A stretch of DNA of 64,000 nucleotides from Eledone cirrhosa (GCA_964016885.1 CAXHJY010001044.1:1-64000); one strand, 5' to 3'. Shown: positions 30,871 to 47,674, numbered from the stretch's first letter. Notes: generated from the letters alone by a model not told the origin. Numbers and translations: made by a program.

Positions 30871-31486
30871 CTATTTCTAGCAGTTCAAGAGACCATGTAG
30901 AATTATCTTTCAGTGACGAGAAACGATTTATCTCTCAGGTGTTGTTTCTTACAGTAAAATACCGCTGTCGGAAACATTCGCTCTGTTCTTATTACTCATT
31001 CCTATTACTTTGGGCTCCCAAAGGAAATCGCCATTTTAAATTGTTTCTTCCTCACTCAAGATCTTCTAGACCAACAAATGACGTACTCAACATGACTCTC
31101 TCTCTTTCTCTATCTCTTTCTATGTGTGTGTATGTGTATGTTTGTGTATATGTAAGTCTATTATGCATTTCCTTCTTTGCCAGTTCAGATCATTAGACTG
31201 TGGTCATACTGAGGCACAGACTGACAAGTAAAAACAATACACATAGATCAAAACACATCAAAGCTGTGCGGTGTAGGCTACATACAAGGGAGAGTTCACC
31301 CTGGTGATGTTGGTACAACGATATTACATGAGGTTATTGAAGCGCTCAAGTGGCCATAAAGGAATCGAGGGCGCCGGCCTCCAGTGATACGATCAACGGC
31401 GAGCAGAAGCTCTCTGATTGGGTTGGTGATAGTATTATCGAAGAACGCTTTGAGATTTAGGCGATGTATGTCTCCATTGATATAAG

Positions 31487-31524
<38 letters not shown>

Positions 31525-31627
31525 TAATATGATCGTGTATATAAGTGTACATGAGTAAGGATGAATGTGTGTGAGTGCGGTCATGTGAAACCTTATATAT
31601 GTATACATACATATGTATGTATATATA

Positions 31628-31706
<79 letters not shown>

Positions 31707-31711
31707 ATGTA

Positions 31712-31851
<140 letters not shown>

Positions 31852-31860
31852 CATATATAC

Positions 31861-31891
<31 letters not shown>

Positions 31892-32134
31892 CACATATAT
31901 ATATATATATTTATATATATATACATATATATATATATTTATATTTATTTATATATACACACATATATATATATATTTATTTATATATACACACATATAT
32001 ATATATATTTATATATATATATACACATATATATATATATTTATATATATATATATATACACATATATATATATATTTATATATATATATATATACACAT
32101 ATATATATATATTTATATATATATATATATACAC

Positions 32135-32194
<60 letters not shown>

Positions 32195-32477
32195 TTGCAT
32201 AGTGTAGAAGTATAGAAGTAGAATAATTCCAGAGCTCTTCTCTTATAAAGTTTAGACAGATAATTGAATTGCTAATAAAGTCATTTAGGAGGGGAGGTAA
32301 TTATTGATAAGATACAATATATTATAGGATAACACAGAACATTATCAACGGCCATAATGACTAGACTGAGGACAACAACATAACTCTTTTTTCTATTCAT
32401 GGATCTATCTATCTACTCGTATCTTATCTCCATTTCACCAGTTCTTTGTTTTTCCAGCCTCTCATTCCCTCCCCCTG

Positions 32478-32543
<66 letters not shown>

Positions 32544-32556
32544 ACATACACACATA

Positions 32557-32602
<46 letters not shown>

Positions 32603-32763
32603 TGTGGTTGTGGTGGATGCAATGTATGAGTGTGTATGTATGCATACACATATTGATAGTTTGAATGAGAAATTATCATTATCTCTCTCTCTCTCTTTAT
32701 GGCCTCAGCCGGATGGCTGAAACAGGTAAAAGAGTATATATATATATATATATATATAAGAGC

Positions 32764-32797
<34 letters not shown>

Positions 32798-33789
32798 ATG
32801 TATATATATACATATATATTTGTGTGTATACATATGTATGTATGAGAGTATATATGCTTGTGTGTGTATATATATGTATGAGAGTATATATGTTTGTGTG
32901 TGTATATATATGTATGAGAGTATATATGTTTGTGTGTGTATATATATCTATGAATGAGAGTATATATGTTTGTGTGTATATATATGTATGTATGAGAGTA
33001 TATATGTTTGTGTGTGTATATATATGTATGAATGAGAGTATATATGTTTGTGTGTGTGTATATATATGTATGTATGAGAGTATATATGTTTGTGTGTATA
33101 TATATGTATGTATGAGAGTATATATGTTTGTGTGTGTATATATGTATGTATGAGGGTACATCTATCTGTGTGTATTCGTTGCAGCAGGTCAATGATATAT
33201 GTCCGTTTTCAATTTTCTCCCTTCATATAGTATCATACGGTTTGATAATTGCTTGATAAGTAATTTATTCAGCGAGTTTAACGAAGTAATTATCACTGTA
33301 GGGGAATTATATGAAAAGTTATTGCTAAAATATGTATAAATTCATAAGGTGTGTGTCGCAGACGATAGCGATTCTTAATATTATTTCCCATTCTACGAAT
33401 AGGAGAACAATAGACTATTATATGGTAGTCATTATAACAAATTGGTTCTATCACACACATACACAGACACACATTCACACACACACACACATTCACACAC
33501 ACACACACACATTCACACATACACACACACATACACAAACCCACACATATATATATGTATGCATACATGTAAACACGAGCACACACATACACACATACGC
33601 ATGTACACACACACATACACACACACACACATATATATATATATACTTGCATGGATGCATACATACACGCACGAGCACACACACATATTTGTGTGTGTGT
33701 GTGCATTTGTGTGTGTGTCCGCGTGCCTCTCTCTATATACATGTGTGTTTGTATGTGCGTGTCTGTGTGTAAGCTGCTGAGCGCCCAAC

Positions 33790-33990
33790 AGACTGGCGTG
33801 TATTTCGATTCACGTTGCCCCAGTCCATTCGGCTTGGTGAGTTTTACCTGTAATTCAAAAGACCAGCCTTGTCACAAAATATAGAACATATCTGTAGAAT
33901 ACTCAGCCTTTTTGCCCGTCACCGAAGCATGTCCTAGCTGTTCCATTGATCGGAAAAGACACACTCCTCATCGTTAGCGAGGAAGCTCCA
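33790..33990 (+). mobile_element. Second, older SINE-like family (related remnants at ~17110-17200 on + and ~30085-30220 on -)
   Basis: B-box-like TTTCGATTC. The GAATAYTCAGCC..T and GCTGTTCC.TTGATCGG blocks are shared among the copies. Confidence 0.5.
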
Positions 33991-34490
33991 ACAACAATGT
34001 ATGTACGTATTTATGTATATATATATAAAAAGATGGAGAGAGTATGATTGGGAGTTATTGCATTCGACAAGTTAACCACTCGCTATCGAAACGGCAAGAG
34101 CTTAGCTGTCGGGCTTTAGTAACTCACTACTATATATAAAATTTCCAATATCAAATTTATCCATGATAAAATCACTAAAAAAAAAATTGTTTTTCTTAAG
34201 AGCAAGACTAATCCCGATGTATTCTCCACATGAAAACCCGACATTGATAGAAATATATTGAAATATGAAGTAAAAATTCTGTATGTGTTATGTTACATAA
34301 GTTTTAAGACATATAATGAACTTATATACATTAGTTTCGTCTATATGTTGCTTGACACTCCGTGTGATACTGTTCCAGAAAACATACTGTAGGCTCTAAC
34401 TAGAAGTTCCTTATATACATGGTGCACACATTCACAGTCAGGTAATGTTTTAAGTGACATCCATCATTTCAACGAAGCTATTTAAAAAGG

Positions 34491-34521
<31 letters not shown>

Positions 34522-34933
34522 TAGAGGCATAGACACACGCACAAGCACATGTGTGTGTATATATGTACGTGTATGTATGTGGGTATATATGTATGTGTAT
34601 GTGTATGTATATATATAAATGCATACTTGGACGCTTCTGAAATGTCAGTAAGATCCATTTAGCACGCTAAGATGGAATGATTGCAAAAGGCAGTTTTTTC
34701 CAAGAACGCATCTTCAATGCACGTGAATTCATTCAGGTTCGCTTCTTCAGCCTCCTCCTTCTCTCTTTCTTCTTTTGTCCTCTCTCTCTTCTTCAAACGT
34801 CTTAATTGAATGAGTTGAATGACATAAAGTTATCAGAGTGCCTGAAACAAATAATTCTGCGAACCATTGCCAATAATCCTCACACAGACACACACATACA
34901 TCCATAGATAAACACACACACACACACACACAC

Positions 34934-35045
<112 letters not shown>

Positions 35046-35400
35046 CCACTCACACACACACACACACACACATATGTATACGTACTTCTCAACAGAACCT
35101 TCATTTACACATCAAATAAATTGACTGTCAATAAATATATTTTGCCATTTGTATATGGAATGTTTTAGAAAAAAAAAGAATTAGATTTAGAATTAATAAA
35201 AACAAAACAAATAAAAAAATAGCAAAACTTCGCAGCAATAAATTTATTATTTTTTATTCTCAAATTAATTTTGTTTTTATTACATTAAAACTAGTGTTAC
35301 TGTTTAATGTTAAATGAATTTAAAATGTTGATGTTTCAGATAAAATATTTCTTACTATTCTGATAGTTTAAATACATGGTGTCTGTGTTGATAGTGAAAT

Positions 35401-35676
35401 CTAAGTATATCTTAAATTTCTTTCTGTCATCACAGAGACATTCTGGGACATGTTGCTAACACTTATCACACACCTGATATCCATAACTGTACCATAATAT
35501 TGCCCACTGAAACTACATATATATATCATATCGTGTCTTCTTTTTATACTATTTTTGAGCAGCATTTTGCACTCGTTCACGACAAGGAAGGTATTTTCTG
35601 ATTCAATTCCACACATAAGACACTTGACTTTCTCACCGGGATTATATATCTCTTTATTCACTGACTTAGTGCACAA
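35401..35676 (-). pseudogene. Decayed Dong/R4-like LINE fragment (CCHC zinc-knuckle region before the RLE)
   Basis: KCLMCGIESENTFLVVNECKMLLKNSIKRRHD resembles the RLE-LINE consensus CRxCG..ET..H....C..LA...Y.RRHD. Confidence 0.7.
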
Positions 35677-35779
35677 AGCTTAGGACTTACTAATGTATAA
35701 AGCATACAAAATGTAGCACCACTTGTCACTGTACACACATAATGTAGAGTTATCTCAATACAATAGAGACAACACCATA

Positions 35780-35951
35780 GTGGCACGGAGTTACGTCCAT
35801 TTACTTTCTGAGTTCAAATCCCGCCGAGGTTAGCTTTGCCTTTCATCTTTACTGGGTCGATAAAATATAGTACCAGTAATGCGCTGGAATGGATTTAATC
35901 AACTTTCCACACCCCTCGAAACTACTGACTTTGTGTTTAAATCAGAAAAAG
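35780..35951 (+). mobile_element. tRNA-derived SINE, 5'-degraded, with an (ATT)n tail
   Basis: GAGTTCAAATCCCGCCGAGG..GCCTTTCATC..GGGTCGATAAAATA..GTACCAG. Confidence 0.8.
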
Positions 35952-36371
35952 ATTATTATTATTATTATCATCATCATCATCATCAGCGACAGCATCCATA
36001 TGCACCTAAGAAAAAATGGTATAACTGTAACCAAGCAACGTGAAACAATATATTGTAAGACAATCGTGCTGCCATTTTCACAAGATTGAAACTTAGCGAA
36101 ATGTGCAGCTATAACTGATTAGGTTGATCTTACGGTCTGTTCGCTCCATTCACTATTATTTGTTCACATATTGGCAATATTCATTGTTCTATAGCAAACA
36201 TTTTACAGGATTACAATTACCAATTTATTTAACTTTATGATGCTTCTAACTTACTGAAGAAACTCATGTCACTTTAGTAACCTTTTCACACTTGGTTGAC
36301 AATAGGCCAGAGCTTCTACTTTCAAAGCCTATATATATATATGGATATTATGTAAGAGCATCGCAGCTATA

Positions 36372-36406
<35 letters not shown>

Positions 36407-38404
36407 TATATGTAGGTCTGTTATGTAAGAGCATCGCAGCTATAATATATATATGTATATATTATACCCGTGATGCTGTTTCATAAGAGAGCAATAACAA
36501 TTCTTGTGAAATTGGTTTGTGAAAATTCAATCTCTTTCACACTAGGAATACAGTATCGTTATCCTCATTAATAACGACAACTGGAAACTAGATTTCTTTC
36601 TTTCTTTCCAAGAGTATTCAATTTACATTTGATGTCATTCCATCTTTATGGTTTACCAAATTACTTTCTATTGTATTAGTTGGTTTCGTTCTGTTGAGAG
36701 TCTTACGTTGAAATATAAATTTCATCCAACATTTTAATATAATCTTCGAATATTATTCTAAATGTCTGTCGTTTCAGAGGCCAAATTTATTTTCAGTTAT
36801 TAGTTCGGAATCGATAAATGGTCGTGCGGAATTTGAAGTGCTTTGGTATTTATACAATGGAAAATATTCTGGGAGGGGACATGACTCTAATTTGAGGAAG
36901 AATTCTATCTCTCATTCCCTCTATCCTTGAAAAGTGTCGAGGGTACTACACTTCCTGATGACACAGTAAAAAATCCCCCATCCCCCCATTGAATCAATAC
37001 AGTAAAGTAAGGACATTATGTTTTACAAATAGTTTGGATTTTATCAATTTTATTTTAGATCATAAATAACATATATGATGGGAAAATGTGAAAATGGTTG
37101 CTATAACAACGTTAGAAAATAAACCCTTCCGAAAACGCGAGATACATCATTGAAGTTTTCTTGTTTTTAGTGTTGCCGTTCCATAGAACTCCAAATATAA
37201 ATCGATGGTGTTAAATTGCTCGAAGCTTACAATACGAACGTCTACATTCAAATATATTCAATAATGACACACACACACACATATATATAGAGAATTATAA
37301 TTTCAGCCAATACTATTTATTTTATCTGAAAATCAACAAAGAATATAGTTAACGATAGGATACACAGCTGTCAGTAGACATTTCATGGAGGGATTTATAA
37401 CATGACAGACATAAATAAAAGAAAAAAATATTTTCATCAGTTCACGAGTTGAGTCGTCCTAATAATTTCTTTCACCAATAAATAACTATGAGCTTCATGC
37501 AGATACATTTCCTCAATTTCACTATGGTGTCAAAGAAAGCAATAGGAATTAGTGCTTCAGCTTTCGATAAATGGAAGATAGTTTGGTATTAATCGATTCT
37601 CCCCGTATACTTAATCAATACCACCCCCACCTCAACCATGGTCTTCACCTGGTTCTGTATACATTGAGTGCAAATTGAAGTATTCACTGCATAAATCACA
37701 GTTAATACTGGGTGAAATTGTTATGAATATTTTATAGAAATGCGAAAATGCATTGAAGATAAAGTTGGCATTAATAAATAAATTGGGAAGAAGCATCAAT
37801 AATGAAGTGGACGTAAGAGATATAATTCCCTGGCGTCATGATAACTTAGTTCAGAATCCGTGAGAGACGAGTAAGAAGAGACATGTTGCTTAGGAAACAT
37901 TTTTATAGGATTCCAATTGTGAAAAGAAATGGTTAAATACTTGTTTCAAAAGATTTAGAAACTTAATTTCTCGTATTTAATGTATAATGATCCACGGAGG
38001 CTTATGGGTATTTTAATGCAAATAATTCCTCCTAAACCAATGTATGGAACATCACGTTTGTACGATCCAATGAAGCAGCCTCCATGTGGTCGTGTCAATT
38101 ATTAGAAATAACAGTCACATTGTCTTTTTTTTGTATCGAGCTCAGTGATTCGGCAGGCAGGGGTTCACTCCTGTTTAATGTGGTTTTATGCGACTAGACT
38201 CTCTTTTGGACTAGACACCATACCACCGCACACGTAACTCCAAATAATTACTGGTATTGATGTTAGATGCTATTGGTCAAACCTATACCAATAGACGTTT
38301 CAGTAGTTCACCTCTCTTGTCATATTACTATATCATGTGTTAAATCCTATCTGTCTCCTACACATATTACTGTATCCTGTACCTCTTTATCTCACCTATC
38401 TTAT

Positions 38405-38465
<61 letters not shown>

Positions 38466-39525
38466 TATACTACCTTATCTAACATGTTTTTCTGTTTTTT
38501 ATATATATTTTAAGGCGGTAGTATATAATTTAATGGAGATTTGGCAATTATTTCGAACAGTTCTAAGTACACAGGATTTCTGTTCACGGATCGATGAATA
38601 TTGTCAACGATTGGAAGCAAAATCTCATGACTCATAAACAGAAACTGACAGTCTTCGATATATCTAATCAATATTGATATATTTATCAAAGTGAACACAC
38701 ACACACACACACACACACATACACACGCGCGCGCGCGCCACACGCACACGCAGGCGCGCGCACACACACACAGACACACACATAAGGTGATGGTTTGTTT
38801 TCTCAGACAGTATTCGAGTTAAAGTTTCCAATGTGCATTTATTATACAAGCAATATATTTGTAATTTCCAGTTATAATACTTTTCATAAGTTCCTTAATA
38901 ATAAGAATACTCCTTTAAAAATCCAGCTTCGCATCTCAATAGGGTTCCTTCTAAGTGTGATTTGTATGGAACGTTAGTAATATTTTAAACTATTGCAAAC
39001 CCTACGAATGCTGAAAATGGCACTGAAATCCGACAGAGAAATACAACTATGACTGAAGGTATCCCAAACTGTGATATATAAATGCAAAGATTCTAGATCC
39101 TAACACACAAACTACACAGTTCCCCACAGGACCTCATCAGAGACGAAGAGAGAGGATCAACCGATAAGCTGAAGAATTATGTAACACAGGGATATAATTA
39201 AAAAAAAAACACTGAGAGATGGAAAGTATTGCACCTGAAATATGACATATATACCTTTCTAGATTAGGCACACGACCAGTACTTGGTAGAGAGTATATTT
39301 TATCGACCCCGGAATTCAGGATGTAAAGACCCTGATCAAATATGTCAGAGTATTGGTATGTTGATATTTCGTCTTTGTGTTTTTATACCGAATAGCTATC
39401 TTTCTTTAGATACTATTGATGCACTGCGAAGAATAGACTTGCATTTTGAAGCAACCGAAACTATAATGATCTGATGAGAGGGGAATGTCCTACTTTTCCA
39501 AATTTCCTTTGACTTTTAATTGCCT

Positions 39526-39573
<48 letters not shown>

Positions 39574-39979
39574 GTGTGTGTATCTTTGTTCTTGAACGTA
39601 CTTATAGAGGATCGTATACAGAGAGATTGGAGGAGAGAGAGTAGGCAGGGGAGATAATACCAGAATGAGAATGTTTGTTTTTGCTAGATCCTCCCCGTTT
39701 ATTATCGATAAGGTGTCAAGCAGTATAAATAGAGATGTTATTTGATACTGCGTTATTTCAAAGATGTGGAATTCATTGGTTCGTAACACCAATATCCAAT
39801 AAATTCTAAAACTGATGACTTGTAATAAATTCGTAAAGAATCAAAAGCCATTATGATATCACCATGGTGAATGAAAGAGAAGAACTGTTGTATTTTCTTT
39901 CACGGCGAAGCTTTTTTCCTTTTGTCTACGTGTTAGATGAAGGAAAAAAAAAAATAAAAGAGGCACACACACTCACGTA

Positions 39980-40058
39980 TGTGTGTGTGTGTGTTTGTGT
40001 TTGTGTTTGTATGCATGCATACATGTATGTACATATATATATATGTGTCTATATAGTA

Positions 40059-40100
<42 letters not shown>

Positions 40101-40432
40101 GTATGTATGTATGCATGTATGTATATATGTATATATGTATGTAAACATATGTGTAATATTTATATGTATGTATACATATATGTAATTTGTATATGTAATG
40201 TGTGTGTGTATATATATATGTATATATATGTATATATATGTATATATATGTATATATGTATATGTATATATATGTATATGTATATGTATATGTATATATA
40301 TGCATATATATATATGTATATATATGCATATATATATATGTATATATATGCATATATATATATGTGTATATATATATATATGTGTATATATATATATGTG
40401 TATATATATATGTGTATATATATATATATGTG

Positions 40433-40463
<31 letters not shown>

Positions 40464-40504
40464 GTGTATATATATATATATGTGTATATATATATATATG
40501 TGTG

Positions 40505-40553
<49 letters not shown>

Positions 40554-42040
40554 GTGTATATATATATATATATGTGTGTATATATATATATATATGTGTA
40601 TATATATATATATGTGTATATATATATATGTGTATATATATATATATATGTGTATATATATATATATATGTGTATATGTATATATATATGTGTATATGTA
40701 TATATATCTGTGTATATGTATATATATATCTGTGTATATGTATATATATATATGTGTATATGTATATATATATATGTGTATATATATATGTATGTGTATA
40801 TATATATGTGTATATGTATATATATATATATGTGTATATGTATATATATATATATGTGTATATATATATGTGTATATGTATATATATATATGTGTATATG
40901 TATATATATATATGTGTATATGTATATATATATATGTGTATTTGTATATATATATATGTGTATATATGTATATATATATATGTGTATATATGTATATATA
41001 TATGTGTGTATATATGTATATATATATATGTGTATATATGTATATATATATGTGTGTATATATGTATATATATATATGTGTATATATGTATATATATATA
41101 TGTGTATATATGTATATATATATATGTGTATATATGTATATATATATATGTGTATATATGTATATATATATATGTGTATATATATATATATATATGTGTA
41201 TATATGTATATATATATGTGTATATATATATATATATGTGTATATATATATATGTGTATATATATGTATATATATGCATATGTATATATATGTATATATA
41301 TGCATATATATATATATGTATATATATGTATATATATGCATATATATATATATGTATATATATGCATATATATATATGTATATATATGTATATATATGCA
41401 TATATATATATGTATATATATGTATATATATGCATATATATATATGTATATATATGTATATATATGTATATATATGCATATATATATATGTATATATATG
41501 TATATATATGCATATATATATATGTATATATATATATGTATATATATGTATGCATATATATATGTATATATAGGTATGCATATATATAGGTATATATATG
41601 TATGTATATATATGCATGTATATATATGCATGTATATATATGCATATATATATATGCATATATATATATATGTATATATATATGTATATATATGTATATG
41701 TATGTATATATATGTATATGTATGTATATATATATATATGTATATATATGTATATATATGTATATATATATATATGTATATATGCATATATATGTATATA
41801 TATATATATATGTGTATGTATCTATATGTATATATATGTATGTATATATCTATATGTATATATATGTATGTATATATCTATATGTATATATCTATATGTA
41901 TATATCTATATGTATATATCTATATGTATATATCTATATGTATATATCTATATGTATATATCTATATGTATATATCTATATGTATATATCTATATGTATA
42001 TATCTGTGTATATGTATATGTATATATATCCACATATATA
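39980..42040. repeat. Compound (AT)n/(GT) microsatellite field
   Basis: Directly visible. Confidence 0.95.
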
Positions 42041-42614
42041 CACATGAAATGTATAAACTCTATGATAACTATAATACATAAAACAAAACGAGTCAAAGAA
42101 ACAAGAAACATTACCAATCGATTGTCTCTATGTTTATCTATCTATGTTTATTTATTTATATTTATTTATTTATTTAATTATTTATTTATTTACTATTTAT
42201 TTATATTATATTTACTTGTATTTTATTTATTTTACTGTATTTGTGAGATTCTGAATTATTTGATCATCGCAAACAGAAAATAAATATAAAAAAATCTTTG
42301 AAAATACCAATTTTTGAAGGAATTTCCTTTGTTGGACTTTAAGTATTTATTCTTTCGCCATTCTTTCGTTTATGTACTCTCTAACTCTCCAGATCTTTTA
42401 ATCTCTCTCTCTCTCTCTCTGTTTCCTCGACTGTTTCTCTCTTTCTTTCTCTGTTTCGTCGACTGTTTCTCTCTTTCTCTCTATTTCCTGGCCTCTTTGT
42501 ATCTCTCTCTATCTCTCTCTCAGAGGTCTGTTTGTTTTTCTGTCTCCCTCTCTCTATATATATATCGATCTTCATATTTATATAACATTCCTACTGTTTT
42601 GCTAGATACGACTT

Positions 42615-44001
42615 TGTCTGTCAGTCAGTCTCTGTCAGTCAGTCTCTATCAGTCAGCCTCTGTCAGTCAGTCTCTGTCAGTCAGTCTCTGTCAGTCAGTC
42701 TCTGTCAGTCAGTCTCTATCAGTCAGTCTCTATCAGTCAGTCTCTATCAGTCAGTTTCTGTCAGTCAGTCTCTGTCAGTCAGTCTCTATCAGTCAGTCTC
42801 TATCAGTCAGTCTCTGTCAGTCAGTCTCTGTCAGTCAGTCTCTGTCAGTCAGTCTTTGTCAGTCAGTCTCTGTCAGTCAGTCTCTGTCAGTCAGTCTCTG
42901 TCAGTCAGTCTCTGTCAGTCAGTCTCTATCAGTCAGTTTCTGTCAGTCAGTCTCTGTCAGTCAGTCTCTGTCAGTCAGTCTCTGTCAGTCAGTCTCTGTC
43001 AGTCAGTCTCTGTCAGTCAGTCTCTGTCAGTCAGTCTCTGTCAGTCAGTCTCTGTCAGTCAGTCTCTGTCAGTCAGTCTCTGTCAGTCAGTCTCTATCAG
43101 TCAGTCTCTGTCAGTCAGTCTCTATCAGTTAGCCTCTGTCAGTCAGTCTCTATCAGTCTCTGTCAGTCAGTCTCTATCAGTCAGTCTCTATCAGTCAGTC
43201 TCTGTCAGTCAGTCTCTATCAGTCAGTCTCTGTCAGTCAGCCTCTGTCAGTCAGTCTCTGTCAGTCAGTCTCTGTCAGTCAGTCTCTGTCAGTCAGTCTC
43301 TATCAGTCAGTCTCTGTCAGTCAGTCAGTCTCTGCCAGTCAGTCTTTGTCAGTCAGTCTCTGTCAGTCAGTCTCTGTCGGTCAGTCTGTCAGTCAGTCTC
43401 TGTCAGTCAGTCTCTGTCAGCCAGTCTCTGTTAGCCAGTCTCTGTCAGCCAGTCTCTGTCAGTCATTCTCTGTCAGTCAGTCTCTGTCAGTCTCTGTCAG
43501 TCAGTCTCTGTCAGTCAGTTTCTGTCAGTCAGTCTCTATCAGTCAGCCTCTGTCAGTCAGTCTCTATCAGTCAGTCTCTATCAGTCAGTCTCTATCAGTC
43601 AGTCTCTGTCAGTCAGTCTCTATCAGTCAGTCTCTGTCAGTCAGTCTCTGTCAGTCAGTCTCTATCAGTCAGTCTCTATCAGTCAGTCTCTGTCAGTCAG
43701 TCTCTATCAGTCAGTCTCTATCAGTCAGTCTCTGTCAGTCAGTCTCTGTCAGTCAGTCTCTATCAGTCAGTCTCTATCAGTCAGTCTCTGTCAGTCAGTC
43801 CCTGTCAGTCAGTCTCTGTCAGTCAGTCTCTGTCAGTCAGTCTCTATCAGTCAGTCTCTGTCAGTCAGTCTCTGTCAGTCAGTCTCTGTCAGTCAGTCTC
43901 TATCAGTCAGTCTCTATCAGTCAGTCTCTGTCAGTCAGTCTCTGTCAGTCAGTCTCTATCAGTCAGTCTCTGTCAGTCAGTCTCTATCAGTCAGTCTCTA
44001 T
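42615..44001. repeat. 14-bp minisatellite (TCTRTCAGTCAGTC)n, about 100 copies
   Basis: Directly visible; G/A variant units. Confidence 0.95.
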
Positions 44002-44058
44002 CTCTGTCTTTCTGTCTAACTCTCTGTCTGTCAGAACGTCTGAATCTATGTCTGTCCC

Positions 44059-44113
<55 letters not shown>

Positions 44114-44487
44114 CTCATTCTCTGTCTTGTTCTTGTTTGCTTCAGTCTGTTCTCTCACTAACTCTATTCTACCCTATTTTCCTCTCTCAGCCTCTCACCT
44201 CCTCTTTCACTCTCATTCAACCTCTTTCCCTCCTCTCAGTTAATCTCTCTCCCCCTCTTATCCCCCCTCTCTCTCACCTATTATCATATTATTCAATCGT
44301 AGTTGTCATTGATATAGTTGGTTCTGATGATGTAGATATAGTTGTTATTGTTGTTGATGTTGTTGCTGTTGTTTCTGATGTTGTTCTAGTTGTTGTTGTT
44401 GTTGTTGTTGTATCTAATTGCTTCTGTTGCCATTCCTACTTTAAAATCGTCTTGTTACTGTAGATAAAACATTTCACTATCTCTTCG

Positions 44488-45131
44488 GTGTTGTTGTTGT
44501 TCTTGTTGTGGTTGTTGGTGGTGGTTGTGGTTGTTGTTGTTGGTGGTGGTGTGGTTGTTGTTGGTGGTGTGGTTGTTGTTGTTGGTGGTGGTTGTGGTTG
44601 TTGTTGTTGTTGGTGTGGTGGTTGTGGTTGTTGTTGGTGGTGGTGTGGCTGTTGTTGTTGGTGCTGGTCTTCTTGTTGTTGGTGGTGTGGTTGTTGTTGT
44701 TGTTGGCGTTGTTGGTGGTGGTGTGGTTGTTGTTGTTGGTGGTGGTGTGGTTGTTGTTGTTGGTGGTGCTGGTCTTGTTGTTGTTGTTGTTGTTGGTGCT
44801 GGTCTTGTTGTTGTTGTTGGCGTTGTTGGTGGTGGTGTGGTTGTTGTTGTTGTTGGTGCTGGTCTTGTTGTTGTTGTTGTTGGCGTTGTTGGTGGTGGTG
44901 TGGTTGTTGTTGTTGGTGGTGGTGAGGTTGTTGTTGTTGTTGGTGCTGGTGTGGTTGTTGTTGTTGTTGGCGTTGTTGGTGGTGGTGTGGTTGTTGTTGT
45001 TGTTGGTGGTGGTGGTGTGGTTGCTGTTGTTGGTGGTGTGGTTGCTGTTGTTGTTGGTGGTGGTGTGGTGTTGTTGTTGTTGTTGGTGGTGGTGTGGTTG
45101 CTGTTGTTGTTGTTGGTGGTGGTGGTGGTGG
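44488..45131. repeat. (GTT/GGT) compound trinucleotide tract
   Basis: Directly visible; source of the poly-Q/H/T ORFs. Confidence 0.9.
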
Positions 45132-45195
45132 TCTTACTGTTGATGTTGTACATAATGCTGTTATTGCCATTTTTGTTCTTCCTGGATTGATGCAC

Positions 45196-45400
45196 TGGCA
45201 GCAATCGGTAGAGCATCGGACACCATACTTTGCAGCAAACAGTTACGTTTCCTTACATTCCGAGTTACGTTTCCTTACAATCCTGCCGAGGTTATCTTTG
45301 CCTTTTATCATTACGGCGTCGATAAAATAAAGTACCAGTAACGTACTGGGGTCGATTTAATAGACCCCCCCCCTCCAACACTGTTACCCTTCGGCCTAAA
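45196..45400 (+). mobile_element. tRNA-derived SINE, diverged, with an internal duplication replacing the B box
   Basis: TGGCAGCAATCGGTAGAG, then AGTTACGTTTCCTTACA twice, then GTCGATAAAATAAAGTACCAG. Confidence 0.75.
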
Positions 45401-45888
45401 TCCTCAATCGTGGTGTCCACGCTGAAACTTTTGCCAATGTTTGTCTTAGTCAGTGATGGTCATGTCCTCACTGATACTGTCTTTCCTGTTGTTGTTGTTG
45501 TTGTTGTGATGTTTATTTCGTTACAGATGTTGTTTGTGAACGATGCTGATATCCTTACTAATGTTGTTGTTGTTGTTGCTTTATTTTCTCTACCCACTCT
45601 CATCCCCCTTATTTCTCTTTACTACTACTACTACTACTACTATTACTATTACTACTACTATTACTACTGCTGCTACTACTACTGCTATTACTATTACTAT
45701 TACTACTACTGCTGCTACTACTACTACTATTACTACTACTATTACTACTACTACTATTACTACTGCTGCTGCTGCTACTACTACTACTACTATTACTATT
45801 ACTACTGCTGCTGCTGCGCTGCTACTACTACTACTACTACTATTACTATTACTACTGCTACTACTACTACTATTACTACTACTGCTAT

Positions 45889-45925
<37 letters not shown>

Positions 45926-46660
45926 GACAATGATAACATTTTACTGTTTTTGATATGTTTACAGAAATAATTCGTTTCTATTTGTTCAAATAATCCAAAA
46001 ATCAATTCCAATGTCTGCAACCTCCTACCCACCCTAGATGTTATGGTGACCCTTCCCCACACATATACCCCGCCGCACCCTCACTCCCTAAATAATACAG
46101 TTCATTCTATTATAAGACCTATTCTCACAATTATAAATATATACATATACTTATATATATGTGTATACTTATATATGTATGTATACTTATATATGTATGT
46201 ATGTGTGTGAGTATATGTAATTGTATGTATAAATATATATGTATGTATAAATGTGTATGGATGTATATATGTATCTATGTATAAATGTATATGTATGTAT
46301 AAATGTGTATATATGTATCTGTATGTATAAATATATATGTATGTATATATGCATCTGTATGTATAAATGTATCTATGTATAAATATATATGTATGTATAA
46401 ATATATATGTATGTATATATGTATATGTATGTATATATGTATATGTATTTATTTATTTATAATAAATATGTTATATATATATATTGTCGGCATAATGATT
46501 AATCGTTCTGGTAACCTAAATTTACATATTATATACACAGTATCGTATACTGGTAATTCATCATTCTATACATTTATGTATGTATACGTATGTTTGTGTG
46601 TGTTTGTACGTGTGTGTGTAATTATTTGTGTGTTTGTATATGTCTATATATAGAAAGATA

Positions 46661-46727
<67 letters not shown>

Positions 46728-46892
46728 GTATATATATATATGTGTATATATATATGTATATATATATGTGTATATATATATGTGTATATATATATGTGTA
46801 TATATATATGTATATATATATATGTGTATATATATATGTATATATATATGTGTATATATATATGTGTATATATATATGTGTATATATATATG

Positions 46893-46923
<31 letters not shown>

Positions 46924-47052
46924 GTATATATATATATCTGTATATATATATGTATATATATATATGTGTATATATATATGTATATATATATATGTGTATA
47001 TATATATGTGTATATATATATGTGTATATATATATGTATATATATATATATA

Positions 47053-47083
<31 letters not shown>

Positions 47084-47454
47084 GTGTGTATATATATATA
47101 TATATATGTGTGTATATATATATATATGTGTATATATATATATATGTGTATATATATATAAATATGTGTGTATATATATATATATATGTGTGTATATATA
47201 TATATATATGTGTGTATATATATATATATATGTGTGTATATATATATATATATATGTGTATATATATATATATGTGTGTATATATATATATATATGTTTA
47301 TATATATATATGTGTGTATATATATATGTGTGTATATATATATGTGTGTGTATATATATATATATGTGTGTGTATATATATATATATGTGTGTGTATATA
47401 TATATATATGTGTGTGTGTATATATATATATGTGTGTGTATATATATATATATA

Positions 47455-47495
<41 letters not shown>

Positions 47496-47632
47496 ATATA
47501 TATATGTGTGTGTATATATATATATATGTGTGTATATATATATATATATGTGTGTATATATATATATATATATGTGTGTATATATATATATATATGTGTG
47601 TATATATATATATATATGTGTGTGTATATATA

Positions 47633-47674
<42 letters not shown>

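Noticed and set aside
39121-39140. CTGATGAGGTCCTGTGGGGA on the minus strand
   Set aside because: It lacks the GAAA half, so a ribozyme call cannot be supported.
44436-45216. Poly-Q/H and Pro/Thr-rich ORFs
   Set aside because: Compound GTT/GGT microsatellite open in most frames.
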